NCBI GenBank assembly: GCA_048213135.1
Contig: PS015009.1
Location: 1,922,001 to 1,986,000 of the forward strand
DNA from: Reclinomonas americana ATCC 50394
Lineage: Eukaryota
Reading direction: 5' to 3'
Length of the DNA: 64,000 nucleotides
Each line of letters starts with the position of its first letter. Positions within the stretch are counted from its first letter, which is position 1. Shown one piece after another: positions 45,058-55,886 of this stretch. The notes beneath the pieces are model-generated. The model saw nothing but the letters and a program-made list of their open reading frames with translations, did not search any database and was not told the origin of the DNA. The translations under genes and the position numbers were made by a program.

Positions 45058-48000
45058 ATGAAAAAAATCTCAACCAGGTCTTATATCATTATCGGTTTTC
45101 TGGTAGCACTGTCTTTTGTCGGCTATTTTGTATGGGCCACCTACAGGAATATGCGGCAGACGGAGACGGAAAGCCGTAATGTAAAGTCCGCCCTTCAAAC
45201 CCTTCTTCTGCTGGAGTCCACTTTAAACGACATGCAGGAACTGGAGAGCGGACAGCGGGGGTATCTCATATCCGGAAAGGAAAATTTTCTTAATGCCTAC
45301 CACGAAAGCCTTGCCCAGGTGGCTATTGACACTTCCGCCATTAACCAGCTCGATCAGAATGATTCCGTTGACCAGCATGAAATAGCACACCTGCAATCCC
45401 TCATCCGGGATAAGATCAGTTTCAGCGAACACGTTATTGATGCACGTAATACGATCGGCTACGACTCCGCGGCCTATATGGTACAAACGGAAAGGGGAAA
45501 AAAACTCATGGACAGTATCCGCAAAGTTATTTTTACCCTGGAAGATGAAGATCGTACCCTGCTGCAGCAATCCAACAAACTCCGTTCACAGACCGCATCC
45601 CAAACGGCACGGGAGTTTTTCATTATGGCCGCGGCCTTCTTTCTTATTCTCATCGGCTGTTTCCTGATTATCGACAGAAATATTAAAAAGCGAAGCCGTG
45701 CGGAAGATATGCTCCGGTACAATGCTTCACTGGTAGAGAATGTGTCCGACGCTATTTTTTCCATCGATCCTTATTTTGTTATCCGCAGCTGGAATAAAGG
45801 GGCCGAACATATTTACGGGTGGTCTGCAGAGGAAGCTATAGGCAAACACGCGGAAATATTATTGCATACCATTCACCAGGGTGCCCCGCTCCAGGAGCTG
45901 ATGCAGCAGTTTGAAACAGATGGTTTCATCAATACGGAAGTAATACAGCAGAATAAGGCTGGAGACAAACTGCATGTACTGGTAAGTTCCTCCGCCATAT
46001 TCGATGACAACGGAACCATTACCGGTGCTGTTGTGGTAAACCGCGATGTAACAGAAGCCAAAAAAGCGGCACAGCAGATCAACTACCTCGCCGGCCTGGT
46101 GGCCCAGAGTGGGGATGCTATTATTTCTACCGATCTCAATTTTACTATACACAGCTGGAACAAGGGCGCTGAAGAAATGTATGGATATATGGAAGAGGAA
46201 GCTATAAATGAGAACTTCCTCGATCTCCTGCAAACCCAGCGCACCCAGCAGCAACGCGACCAGGTTATTGGTGTACTCATACAGTCGGGATACTTTATGG
46301 AAGAGTTGGTGTACATGAAGAAAAATGGCGATCCCATCACTGTACAAGCCTCGTATTCCGTTATGCGGAATGAACGGCACGAGATATCCGGTTGCGTAGT
46401 GGTGCACCGCGATATTACCGAGCGCAAACGCCTTGAAGAGCGGATCGTTTACCTGGCCAACTTACTTGAACAGACGAATGAGGCTATTTACTCCATGGAC
46501 AGTGAGGGTATTGTGATCAGCTGGAATAAAGGCGCCGAGCAGATATATATGGTTCCGCGTAAAGAAGCCATTGGCAAGCCGGTGGGCGATCTTACCGGTT
46601 TTCATCCAACAGAAGAGCAGGTGAACGAGATCATGAATGAGATAGAGAGATCGGGAAGCTGGAGTATAGAAAGATCGATCAGGGACGAGAACGGGGCGCA
46701 ACGGTACCTCGCCATCTCGCTTACAAAAATGAGAAGTGGTGCTGATGAGCCCGGTGGTTATGTCGCCGTGGCTAAAGACATTACTGATATCCGCAAATTA
46801 AGAGAGCAGCTCCAGCAGTTCAACGAAGAACTGGAAGAACAGGTAAAACTGAAAACCACGCAACTGCGCAAATCGGAAGAAAAATACCGCTCCATGATCG
46901 AGCAGGCGACTGATGGTATCATTATTTATTCTTTCGACGGGGTGATACACGAATTCAATACCAGCGCCTACCGGCTGGCAGGTTATACCAGGCAGGAGTT
47001 TGAAAAGCTGACGGTACTGGACATGCTGTATGAGAAAGAAATGGTAGTCAACCCATCCGTGTATGAAAAAATATTGTCGGGTAAGCCCGCGCTGTTCAAC
47101 AGAAAATTCCTGAAAAAAGACGGATCGGTAGTGGAGATGGAACTCAGTGCTGTTTTGCTGGCCGATGGAAAAGTACTGGCTTTCATCCGTGATATCTCCG
47201 AAAGAAAAATGATCGAGGCCAGGATCATGGAAAGTGAAGAAAGATACCGTACCCTGGTGGAACAGGCGTCTGACGGCATCTTTATTTCCGATAGCAGCGG
47301 TAATTACATTGAAGTGAACGACAGCGCCTGCAAATTATTAGGGTATAGCCGCGAAGAGCTGCTTACCATGAGCGGGAAAGACATACTCAGCGATCCGGTG
47401 GATGTTGACCGGCTGGAAGAAAGATATCATGAACTGCGTACGGGCAAATCGTTTACCAGTGAAAGGGAACTGAAACGGAAAGACGGTTCCATCATATTCG
47501 TGGAAACGAATGGTAAGATGCTTCACGATGGCCGTTTTATGGGCATCCTGAGAGATATCACCGAACGGAAAAAAGTAGCGGAGAAACTGCGCTATGCAAG
47601 TGAGCGTTACCGGGAGATTGTAAAAGCTACCAACGACGGGCTCTGGGAAATGGAGCTGCCCAGCCGGGAATCGTGGTGGAGCGACGCGTTGTATAAGATC
47701 AGCGGTGTTGACGCTTCGCTCGACTCTACGGAAATGGCCTGGTTATCGAAAGTACATCCCGCAGACAGGGAGCGTGTACTGGGTAACCTCGACCAGGTGA
47801 TCGACAATAAAGAAACCGAATGGTCCATCGAATACCGCATGCTGCCCAGGGAAGACACAGAACTGATTGTACTGGACCGGGGCTTTGTGATATATGATGA
47901 ACAGCAGCAACCTATACGTGTATTCGGGTCTGTTACCGACATCACGGAAAGAAAACGCATAGAGAACGAGATAAGAAAAAGTGAAGAGAATTACAGGACG

Positions 48001-49788
48001 ATCATTGAACAGGCATCCGACGGCATCTTCATTATCGACAGGGATGTACAGCTTGTAGAGATCAACACAGCCGGCTGCAGGATGCTGGGTTATACCAAGG
48101 AAGAAATGCTGCAGCTGCATTATACGGATGTGATCCCCCGGGAAGAACTGGAACAAAACCCGCTGAAGCTGGGCAATATAGGCAGGGGCAATTCGGTGAT
48201 CAATGAAAGACGCATGATACGTAAAGACGGGTCGGAGATCATTGTGGAGATCAGCGCCAAAATGTTGTCGGACGGCAGGTTCCAGGCCATTGCCAGGGAT
48301 GTTACCCAAAGAAAGGCCGTTGAGATGGAACTCGTTCGTTCGCAGGAAAAATATGTCTCACTCATGAATACCATTGATGGTATTGTGTGGGAGGCAGATG
48401 CGCAGACGTTTGTGTTCAACTTTGTGAGCAAACAGGCAGAACGCCTGCTGGGTTATCCTACAGAGCGATGGACCGATGACCCCAATTTCTGGGCCGATCA
48501 TATTCATCCGGAAGACAGGAGCTGGGCTGTGCAATATTGTATGAGCAGCACCCGGGATAAGAAAGCGCATGAATTTGAATACCGGATGATCGCCGAGGAC
48601 GGCAGGATCATTTGGGTGCAGGATATTGTGACCGTGATCCTGGAAAACAACCAGCCCTCCCGCTTGCGGGGCATCATGGTGGATATCACGGAACGCAGGA
48701 AGGCCGAAGCCGAAGTGCAAAAAGTGAACGAGCTCTTTAACCTGGTGACCAAGGCTACCAGCGATATTGTATGGGACCTCAACCTCCACAATTACCGCCT
48801 TTGGTGGAATGATAATTTCTATACCCTGCTGGGTTACCCGCCAAGCGATGAAGGCACTCACTTTAACGACTGGGTCAACGGTATTCATGAAGAGGAAAGA
48901 GAAGAAGTAGTGAAAGGCATACTGGAAGCCATCAGCAATGGCGGCGACCAGTGGGCACAGGAGTACCGGTTCCGGAAAGCGGATGGCAGTTTTGTAAACA
49001 TTTACGACCGTGGCTATATCATGCATGACCCTTCCGGCAAGGCATACCGGATGATCGGTTCCATGATCGATATAACGGAAATGAAAAAGGCGGAAGAGAA
49101 ACTGCAGCAGTCCTACCGGGAGATAAGGGCCCTCGCTTCCAACCTGGAACGGATCAGGGAAGAAGAGCGCACCAGCATTTCACGCGAAATACATGATGAA
49201 CTCGGGCAACAGCTGACCGGCTTTAAAATGGACCTGTACTGGCTGAACCGGAGGATCAAAAATGAAGATCCGGAGATCAAACAAAAAATGCAGGCTTCCC
49301 TATTACTGGTGGATGAAACCATTAAAACGGTGAGGAAAATAGCGACCGAACTGCGTCCCAGTATCCTTGATGACCTGGGCCTGGTGGCTGCGCTGGAATG
49401 GCAGAGCGAGGAATTTGAAAAAAGATATGGTATTACGGTAAACTTTGTGGGCGCCATGGAAGGGCAGATGTTAAACTCTTCTGTATCAACAGCTTTGTTC
49501 CGTATTTACCAGGAATTGCTGACCAATGTGGCCCGTCATTCCAGGGCCGATGTGGTGGAAGCCTCTATGTATGTTGATCATAACCATTTATATTTGACAG
49601 TTACAGATAATGGTTCAGGATTTGAAGTATCCAATATCAGTAGTAAAAAGACGCTGGGTCTCCTGGGAATAAAGGAGCGCACCTTTTTGCTTGGCGGACA
49701 ATACGAGATCAGGAGCAAGCCTGGTGAAGGTACAACGGTAGTCATATCCGTACCACTTGCAGAGAACAACGAACCGTTTAAAACCTAG
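45058..49788 (+). CDS. CHASE3 + 9xPAS sensor histidine kinase (HisKA_3)
   Basis: TM-CHASE3 ('ESGQRGYL')-TM; nine PAS/PAC units ending in 'DIT/DVT/DIS'; 'REIHDELGQ', 'QELLTNVARHS', 'DNGSGF'. Confidence 0.95.
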   Translation: MKKISTRSYIIIGFLVALSFVGYFVWATYRNMRQTETESRNVKSALQTLLLLESTLNDMQELESGQRGYLISGKENFLNAYHESLAQVAIDTSAINQLDQNDSVDQHEIAHLQSLIRDKISFSEHVIDARNTIGYDSAAYMVQTERGKKLMDSIRKVIFTLEDEDRTLLQQSNKLRSQTASQTAREFFIMAAAFFLILIGCFLIIDRNIKKRSRAEDMLRYNASLVENVSDAIFSIDPYFVIRSWNKGAEHIYGWSAEEAIGKHAEILLHTIHQGAPLQELMQQFETDGFINTEVIQQNKAGDKLHVLVSSSAIFDDNGTITGAVVVNRDVTEAKKAAQQINYLAGLVAQSGDAIISTDLNFTIHSWNKGAEEMYGYMEEEAINENFLDLLQTQRTQQQRDQVIGVLIQSGYFMEELVYMKKNGDPITVQASYSVMRNERHEISGCVVVHRDITERKRLEERIVYLANLLEQTNEAIYSMDSEGIVISWNKGAEQIYMVPRKEAIGKPVGDLTGFHPTEEQVNEIMNEIERSGSWSIERSIRDENGAQRYLAISLTKMRSGADEPGGYVAVAKDITDIRKLREQLQQFNEELEEQVKLKTTQLRKSEEKYRSMIEQATDGIIIYSFDGVIHEFNTSAYRLAGYTRQEFEKLTVLDMLYEKEMVVNPSVYEKILSGKPALFNRKFLKKDGSVVEMELSAVLLADGKVLAFIRDISERKMIEARIMESEERYRTLVEQASDGIFISDSSGNYIEVNDSACKLLGYSREELLTMSGKDILSDPVDVDRLEERYHELRTGKSFTSERELKRKDGSIIFVETNGKMLHDGRFMGILRDITERKKVAEKLRYASERYREIVKATNDGLWEMELPSRESWWSDALYKISGVDASLDSTEMAWLSKVHPADRERVLGNLDQVIDNKETEWSIEYRMLPREDTELIVLDRGFVIYDEQQQPIRVFGSVTDITERKRIENEIRKSEENYRTIIEQASDGIFIIDRDVQLVEINTAGCRMLGYTKEEMLQLHYTDVIPREELEQNPLKLGNIGRGNSVINERRMIRKDGSEIIVEISAKMLSDGRFQAIARDVTQRKAVEMELVRSQEKYVSLMNTIDGIVWEADAQTFVFNFVSKQAERLLGYPTERWTDDPNFWADHIHPEDRSWAVQYCMSSTRDKKAHEFEYRMIAEDGRIIWVQDIVTVILENNQPSRLRGIMVDITERRKAEAEVQKVNELFNLVTKATSDIVWDLNLHNYRLWWNDNFYTLLGYPPSDEGTHFNDWVNGIHEEEREEVVKGILEAISNGGDQWAQEYRFRKADGSFVNIYDRGYIMHDPSGKAYRMIGSMIDITEMKKAEEKLQQSYREIRALASNLERIREEERTSISREIHDELGQQLTGFKMDLYWLNRRIKNEDPEIKQKMQASLLLVDETIKTVRKIATELRPSILDDLGLVAALEWQSEEFEKRYGITVNFVGAMEGQMLNSSVSTALFRIYQELLTNVARHSRADVVEASMYVDHNHLYLTVTDNGSGFEVSNISSKKTLGLLGIKERTFLLGGQYEIRSKPGEGTTVVISVPLAENNEPFKT

Positions 49789-49791
49789 CAC

Positions 49792-50421
49792 ATGATCCGG
49801 ATACTGATAGCGGATGATCATACCGTGGTGCGGCGTGGTCTGAAACAGATCCTGCTGGAAGAATTTCCTTCAGCCCATATTGAAGACGTGTCTGACGCGG
49901 AAGAGATGGTGCGAAAGGTAATGTCCTCCCCCTGGGATGTAGTCGTAAGTGATCTTTCCATGCCCGGGCGGAGCGGTCTTGACGCACTCCAGCAGATCAA
50001 GCACAGTTACCCCAACCTGCCGGTCCTCATCCTGAGCATACATCCCGAAGAACATTATGCGCTACGTGTACTGAAGGCCGGCGCCTCCGGCTACCTGAGC
50101 AAAGACACGGCTTCAGACGAGCTGGTAAAAGCAGTGAAGAAAGTATTGCTCGGAAAAAAATACATTTCACCCACAGTAGCGGAGAACCTGGCTGATACCC
50201 TTTCCTCCGGCGCCGAAAAGTTGCCTCATGAGACTTTGTCTGACCGTGAGTTTGACGTTATGAAACAACTGGCAGCAGGAAAATCCGTATCGGAAATCGC
50301 GGATATGCTGTCCCTGAGTGTTACCACCATCAGCACCTACAGGGCAAGGGTAATGACCAAGATGAACCTGAAGACCAACCCGGATCTGACCAAGTATGCC
50401 CTGGAACATAAACTGATGTAA
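49792..50421 (+). CDS. UvrY/GacA-like NarL-family response regulator
   Basis: 'IADDHTVVRRGLKQIL', 'DLSMPGRSG', 'LSDREFDV...TISTYRARVMTK'. Confidence 0.94.
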   Translation: MIRILIADDHTVVRRGLKQILLEEFPSAHIEDVSDAEEMVRKVMSSPWDVVVSDLSMPGRSGLDALQQIKHSYPNLPVLILSIHPEEHYALRVLKAGASGYLSKDTASDELVKAVKKVLLGKKYISPTVAENLADTLSSGAEKLPHETLSDREFDVMKQLAAGKSVSEIADMLSLSVTTISTYRARVMTKMNLKTNPDLTKYALEHKLM

Positions 50422-50513
50422 AACCACCGGTTTCGCCGTGTCGTTTTTTTTCTACATTTCCTGTCAAGCCCGGTCTACACGCATAAATTATAGGTTATAT
50501 ATCTTGTGGCAGC

Positions 50514-50906
50514 ATGATGATGGAGTCTACACATAAACTATCCATACTCATTGTTGATGATTCTGATCTTATAATCAATCGCCTTATGGAAATGCTTTCG
50601 GGGCTGGAGGAAGTAAGCAAAGTGATCGCTGCTGAAGATTACGAAAGCGCCGTACATCAATTGAACACATCAACGGTACATGTGGCCTTGCTGGATATTC
50701 ATCTTCCCGGTAAGAACGGGATTGAATTGCTGCGTTATATCGGTCAGTGTTACCCGGGTGTGCAATCGATCATGCTGACCAATATGACGAGCAGTCATCA
50801 TAAAAAAGCATGTGCGGAAGCCGGGGCGATGCACTTTATCGACAAGTCAAAAGCATTTGAACAGATACCGGAAATACTAAGGAACATAAAACCCGGCCTG
50901 TCTTAA
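50514..50906 (+). CDS. Single-domain response regulator (REC only)
   Basis: 'IVDDS', 'LLDIHLPGKNG', 'IMLT', 'FIDK'; 130 aa. Confidence 0.9.
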   Translation: MMMESTHKLSILIVDDSDLIINRLMEMLSGLEEVSKVIAAEDYESAVHQLNTSTVHVALLDIHLPGKNGIELLRYIGQCYPGVQSIMLTNMTSSHHKKACAEAGAMHFIDKSKAFEQIPEILRNIKPGLS

Positions 50907-50992
50907 GATATGCATCTATGATCTACCACCACTCCTGGCAAGGATTTGATTTGCCTTGAACCAATTCCTGGAAAATACTACGAGTTAATTCG

Positions 50993-51021
50993 AGGGATGC
51001 CTGTACAGGTGTCCCTTTTTT
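50993..51021 (+). terminator. Rho-independent terminator
   Basis: AGGGATGCCTG-TA-CAGGTGTCCCT plus T-run. Confidence 0.75.
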
Positions 51022-51025
51022 ATTA

Positions 51026-51108
51026 AATGAAGGAATTAATGAATGAAAGAGTGAAGGAATGAAAAAAGGGATGAAAGAATCCGGCGCAGTTGAATTCTTT
51101 CATCCCTT
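51026..51108. repeat. Degenerate 8-mer (AATGAAGG) run ending in a perfect 15-bp inverted repeat
   Basis: AAGGGATGAAAGAAT (51066-51080) / ATTCTTTCATCCCTT (51094-51108). Confidence 0.65.
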
Positions 51109-51124
51109 CATTTATTTTTTATGC

Positions 51125-52918
51125 TTAATGATATATTCTTTCTACGGCGTCCCTGTACTTCTCCATTACGACTTTACGTTTAAGGCTCATTTTCGGAGTC
51201 AGTTCGCCGGTATCGATACCCCATTCATGCGGCAGCAGTTCGAATTTTTTTACCTGTTCCACGTGGTTGAAAAAGTTATTAAAAGAGTCGATGATCTCAC
51301 GGTAAAGACCCAGCACCTGCGGGTTGTGGATGACATCTTCATTAGTGGTGAAGGCGATGTCTTTATGCTTCATCCACTCTTTCAGGTTGGGAAAAGAAGG
51401 TACGATGAGCGCCCCCACAAATTTCTGGTCGGCACCCACTACCATGATCTGTTCCACAAAGGGGCTTTCCTTCATTTTATTTTCAATGGCCTGCGGCGCC
51501 ACATACTTGCCACCGCTGGTTTTGAACAGTTCTTTTTTGCGGTCCGTGATCTTTAAGAATTTGTCATCTACCCACACGCCTATGTCGCCGGTGTGCAACC
51601 ACCCGTTGATGATCGTTTCCGCGGTAAGGTCCGGGCGCTTGTAATAACCCATCATTACACTGGGGCCTTTTACACAGATCTCGCCATCGGCCTCAATTTT
51701 TACTTCCTGCCCTTCTATCGGAAGTCCGACTGTACCAAAACGGGTACCGCCTTTCTTCTTGCAGTTCACGCTGATCACGGGGCTGTTCTCTGTTGGGCCG
51801 TAACCTTCATAAATAGGTACCTGTGCGGCGGTGAATATCCTGATGAGTTTTACCTGGCAGGCGGCTCCACCTGTAACAACGGTGACTACATTATTACCCA
51901 GCGCTTCCCGCCATTTGCTGAAGATGAGTTTATTGGCCAGCGATAATTGCATGCGGTACCAGATGGAACCCCGGTTCACATTGTCGTATTGTTCGGCCAG
52001 GCCAACGGCCCAGTAAAAAAGTTTTCTTTTAATGCCGGTCAATTCCGCACCTTTCTGCATGATGCGTTCGTACACTTTTTCCAAAAGACGGGGAACGGTA
52101 CAGAACAGGTGAGGTTTTACTTCTTTAAGGTTATCGCCAATGGTATCGAGGCTTTCAGCATAATAAATGGAAATGCCGCTGGTGATATAGATGTACGACA
52201 CCATTCTTTCGAATATGTGGTTGAGCGGTAAAAAGCTCAGTACCCTCGATTGCGGGCTGTCTTCAAAAGGAAAAGTATTTTTCGAATTGATCACATTCGT
52301 CACAATGTTGCGATGACTCAGCATAACGCCTTTGGGAGTGCCTGTTGTACCCGAGGTATAAATGATGGTGGCGCAATGTTCTGCTTCAATAGTGGATTTT
52401 ACCTGTTCCAGTCGGGCGGTTTCAGCAGCATCTGCAGGAGAAATCAGCGTATTCCAGTCGGCAGCACCAGGCAGCGGGTCAAAGCTGTAGAGGTCCTTGA
52501 TGCTGGGCACTTTGTCGCGGATGCTGTTTACTTTATCGAGTATGTCCTGCCCGCTGAGGAATACATACTTAACCGCGGCATCGTTAAAAATGAACTCGAG
52601 TTCATTCACATTGGTGGTAGGGTAGATCGGGCAAAGCGCCACACCTGTTTGCTGGCAGGCAAGATCAAGCATCAGCCATTCGGGCCGGTTGCGGGAAATA
52701 ACCGCCACTTTATCCTGGTTCTCGATCTTCATGTCGTGACCGCTCAAACCCAGGCGTAACAGTCCTGCACTCAGCCGGTCTACGGTTTCTTTTACCGTTG
52801 CCGTGCTGTAGGCAGTCCATTCGCCATGCTCCTTACCGGCAAGCATATCGCTCTTGGGAAACTTCTTCAGCTGAAAATCTATACAGTCAAATAATCTGGA
52901 ATGTTCATTCATATGCAA
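51125..52918 (-). CDS. fadD: Long-chain fatty-acid--CoA ligase
   Basis: 'IIYTSGTTGTPKGV', 'FLPLNHIFER', 'EGYGPTE', 'GWLHTGDIG', 'DRKKELFKTSGGKYVAP'. Confidence 0.93.
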   Translation of the reverse strand: MHMNEHSRLFDCIDFQLKKFPKSDMLAGKEHGEWTAYSTATVKETVDRLSAGLLRLGLSGHDMKIENQDKVAVISRNRPEWLMLDLACQQTGVALCPIYPTTNVNELEFIFNDAAVKYVFLSGQDILDKVNSIRDKVPSIKDLYSFDPLPGAADWNTLISPADAAETARLEQVKSTIEAEHCATIIYTSGTTGTPKGVMLSHRNIVTNVINSKNTFPFEDSPQSRVLSFLPLNHIFERMVSYIYITSGISIYYAESLDTIGDNLKEVKPHLFCTVPRLLEKVYERIMQKGAELTGIKRKLFYWAVGLAEQYDNVNRGSIWYRMQLSLANKLIFSKWREALGNNVVTVVTGGAACQVKLIRIFTAAQVPIYEGYGPTENSPVISVNCKKKGGTRFGTVGLPIEGQEVKIEADGEICVKGPSVMMGYYKRPDLTAETIINGWLHTGDIGVWVDDKFLKITDRKKELFKTSGGKYVAPQAIENKMKESPFVEQIMVVGADQKFVGALIVPSFPNLKEWMKHKDIAFTTNEDVIHNPQVLGLYREIIDSFNNFFNHVEQVKKFELLPHEWGIDTGELTPKMSLKRKVVMEKYRDAVERIYH

Positions 52919-52939
52919 TCGTTCGTACGTATTCTGTTA

Positions 52940-53218
52940 TTACTGGCCTTTGTTTTTCAGGCGTTCGTATTCTCTTTCGGCCAGCGTATCCTTATCCGTT
53001 TTGTAGGCTTTCATGAATTTAAAGAACAGGCCTATGCCCAGGCCCAGCATTACCCAAAGCGGCCAGGGCATTTCTGTGTTAACGCCCCTGCGGCCTGCGG
53101 TAAAATACCAGATGGCCCAGCATATGGCTATAGTAACGGCGGCACCAAGCAGGCTGTTTTGAAATTCTGCCCTGCGTTTGGCGATCTGCCATAATTTTTC
53201 ATCGCGTTGCTCTTCCAT
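52940..53218 (-). CDS. 2TM-domain membrane protein
   Basis: 'AKRRAEF', two TMs, 'WPLWVMLG', 'EREYERL'. Confidence 0.8.
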   Translation of the reverse strand: MEEQRDEKLWQIAKRRAEFQNSLLGAAVTIAICWAIWYFTAGRRGVNTEMPWPLWVMLGLGIGLFFKFMKAYKTDKDTLAEREYERLKNKGQ

Positions 53219-53346
53219 GATAAATGGTTTTGCAAACAAGTTAATAAAAAAATAGTGAATTAGGGAGAGGTAGCTGCAATATGACGGTAAGTTACCCGCT
53301 AAGGCGGCGTTTCATCATATGATCCTCTTGCCCGGAGATGATGGAA

Positions 53347-54348
53347 TTAATGATAGTACTGGCCTGCGGGAATTTTGAATATCCTGCCTTTCTGGAAGCG
53401 GGTGAGTTCGTCGTATTCTTTGGCGTGCGTGCTGATCCAGTTCTGGTAGGCAGGCAGGTTTTGCGCCGCGGCAAATATCCATTGGTTGTAAGCTTCAAAC
53501 AGGCCGTTTTGCAGCAGTTGCTGTTGCAGTTCGAAAAGCTTGAACGGGTATTTGGTTTTGTATTCCTGCATCCAGTCGAGGATAAACCTTGTCCTGATCA
53601 TCGTCAGCGATTCGGCATTGATACCATTGCCCAACTGGCCTGACTGACGGTTCATCAGTTTAAGATAAGCGTTAATAAACCCGTTCTTTTTATTGTTGTT
53701 GTCTTTTTCAATGTCTGCACTCTGGAATAATTTTTTATAGCCCTCCAGTAAAATATTCTTGATTTCCGGTGCCTGGGCGCCCATGGGTTCAATGTTGAGG
53801 AAGATCTCACCGTATAACAGGCTCCATACCTTGTCGGTAGTGAAATAATAATATTTGCAGGCGTTGTAATAATTCTTTGAAAAACCGGGATCAGATTCTA
53901 TTCCTTTTTCCCATTGTTTGATGGCGTCGTAATCTTTCTGCGCCCACATCAGTTCGCCCAGTTCATTATACAGGGGGCCGCTCTGCGGGTATTTTTTGAT
54001 TCCTTTTTTAAGTGTTTTTTCTGCTTCCTTGGGATCTGCCAGGGCAATGTGAATATCTGCAGCCACCTGGAAACACTGGTCATCCGCGTCATTCCTTTCC
54101 AGCAGGGGTTTGTATACCTCAAGCGCTTTTTTATAATCCTTCGCGAAATAGTAGTTCAGTCCCAGATCTTTGCTGATCTCCAGGTTGCCAGGCTGCATCT
54201 GGCTTGCCCTGTTCAAAATGAGTATGGCATTAGGAAAATCGCCCTGGCGCATAAATTTGCGGGCATTTTCATGCAACTGTTTGGCGTCCTGTGCCAGGCT
54301 GGTGAGAAAAAGCCCGCTGAGGGCAATGAGAGAAACTATTTTTTTCAT
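53347..54348 (-). CDS. Exported TPR protein
   Basis: Signal peptide MKKIVSLI; several TPR repeats. Confidence 0.85.
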   Translation of the reverse strand: MKKIVSLIALSGLFLTSLAQDAKQLHENARKFMRQGDFPNAILILNRASQMQPGNLEISKDLGLNYYFAKDYKKALEVYKPLLERNDADDQCFQVAADIHIALADPKEAEKTLKKGIKKYPQSGPLYNELGELMWAQKDYDAIKQWEKGIESDPGFSKNYYNACKYYYFTTDKVWSLLYGEIFLNIEPMGAQAPEIKNILLEGYKKLFQSADIEKDNNNKKNGFINAYLKLMNRQSGQLGNGINAESLTMIRTRFILDWMQEYKTKYPFKLFELQQQLLQNGLFEAYNQWIFAAAQNLPAYQNWISTHAKEYDELTRFQKGRIFKIPAGQYYH

Positions 54349-54419
54349 GAAATGATGATTCAAAATTTAATTCACCAGGCATTTGTGCGCAATATTCATG
54401 CCGCCATTCCGCAGACCCG

Positions 54420-55658
54420 CTACACATCAGCGCTTACCAGGTGGGTAAGCAGGCCATCCCTTAGCTTGGGTTCAAACCAGGTGCTTTTGGGAGGCATCAC
54501 ATTGCCGCTGTCGGCGATGTTGAACAATTGCTGAATGCTTACCGGGTGCAGGCTGAAGGCAACGGCCATTTCGCCACTGTCGACCCTTTTTTCCAGTTCG
54601 CCCAATCCCCTGATGCCGCCAACAAAATCGATACGTGTATCGGTGCGCTGGTCTTTAATGCCCAGGATGGGGTCGAGTACGTTGCCGGATAATATGCTGA
54701 TGTCAAGTATGCCGATGGGGTCTTCACTGTAAGTGCCCGGTTTAGATGTAAGCCGGTACCATTGTTTACCGAGGTACATGCCAAACTCGTGCAACTGTGC
54801 GGGTGAAAAAGCACTGTTTGTTTTTTCTACGGTAAAGTCTTTTTCCAGCGCCTTAAGAAAGTCTTTCTGATCAAGTCCGTTAAGGTCTTTTACCACGCGG
54901 TTGTAATCCATAATAGCCAGCTGATCTGCAGGGAAAAGCGTGGTCAGGAAGTAATCGGCGCCCGGTGTGGCATCGCTGCCCATGGCCTGCCGCACTTTAG
55001 CGGCGGATGCGGCGCGGTGGTGGCCGTCGGCGATATAAGTGCAGGGTACCTGGTCGCGGAAGATGCCGCTTATGGTACCGATGGTGTCGTTGTCGTTGAT
55101 GATCCAGATGGTATGCTCAATACCATCGTCGGCAGTGAAATGGTATACCGGGTTACGGTCTTCTTTCCAGCCATTTATAATATCATCCAGTGCAGGCACA
55201 TTGGCATAAGCCAGGAATACGTTACCGGTTTGTGCGCCGGTGGTTTTAATATGGTTGATCCGGTCAAGCTCTTTTTCAGGGCGGGTAAACTCATGTTTCT
55301 TGATGAGCCCTTTTTCATAGTCGTCCACCGAACTGCCACATACCAGGCCTGTCTGGCTGCGGCCATTCATTACCAACCGGTATATGTAATAACATTCCTT
55401 ATTCTCACGGAAAAGGATATTGCGGCTGATAAAAGCGTCGAGATTTTCTTTGGCCTTATCATATACTTCCTGGGAGTGGATGTCAATGTCTTCCGGAAGA
55501 TCGATCTCGCTTTTGGTGATGTGCAGGAAACTGGCGGGGTTACCCTGGGCTTCTACCTTGGCCTCCCTGCTGTTGAGCACGTCGTAGGGACGGGACGCTA
55601 CCTGCCTGGCTAGGGTGGCATCCGGGCGTAATGCCTTGAATGGGGTGATATTGATCAT
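54420..55658 (-). CDS. DUF1015 family protein (ParB/Srx-like fold)
   Basis: Start MINITPFKALRP; 'PYDV', 'KKHEFTR', 'YIADGHHR', 'MPPKSTWFEPKLRDGL'. Confidence 0.92.
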   Translation of the reverse strand: MINITPFKALRPDATLARQVASRPYDVLNSREAKVEAQGNPASFLHITKSEIDLPEDIDIHSQEVYDKAKENLDAFISRNILFRENKECYYIYRLVMNGRSQTGLVCGSSVDDYEKGLIKKHEFTRPEKELDRINHIKTTGAQTGNVFLAYANVPALDDIINGWKEDRNPVYHFTADDGIEHTIWIINDNDTIGTISGIFRDQVPCTYIADGHHRAASAAKVRQAMGSDATPGADYFLTTLFPADQLAIMDYNRVVKDLNGLDQKDFLKALEKDFTVEKTNSAFSPAQLHEFGMYLGKQWYRLTSKPGTYSEDPIGILDISILSGNVLDPILGIKDQRTDTRIDFVGGIRGLGELEKRVDSGEMAVAFSLHPVSIQQLFNIADSGNVMPPKSTWFEPKLRDGLLTHLVSADV

Positions 55659-55886
55659 AGCTTTTCTATTATCCCATGGCTTGCTGGTAGAGGAGCAGCC
55701 GGGAATACCTGTAAGGGTTGCAAACATAAAAATATTTGCGTTAACTGACTGATAAATTTGGGTTAGACCACTGATGACGGACCGCGGACCACAGAAGCAG
55801 CTTTTTGGCTGTTACCGGGTTACAGTTATAGTTAATCTTTATACGTTCCGTGACTCAGTCGTCTGTTGTCAGTGGGCAGATGTCTC

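Noticed and set aside
50918-50959. 13-aa ORF MIYHHSWQGFDLP after the REC gene
   Set aside because: It is too short to distinguish from chance without conservation data.
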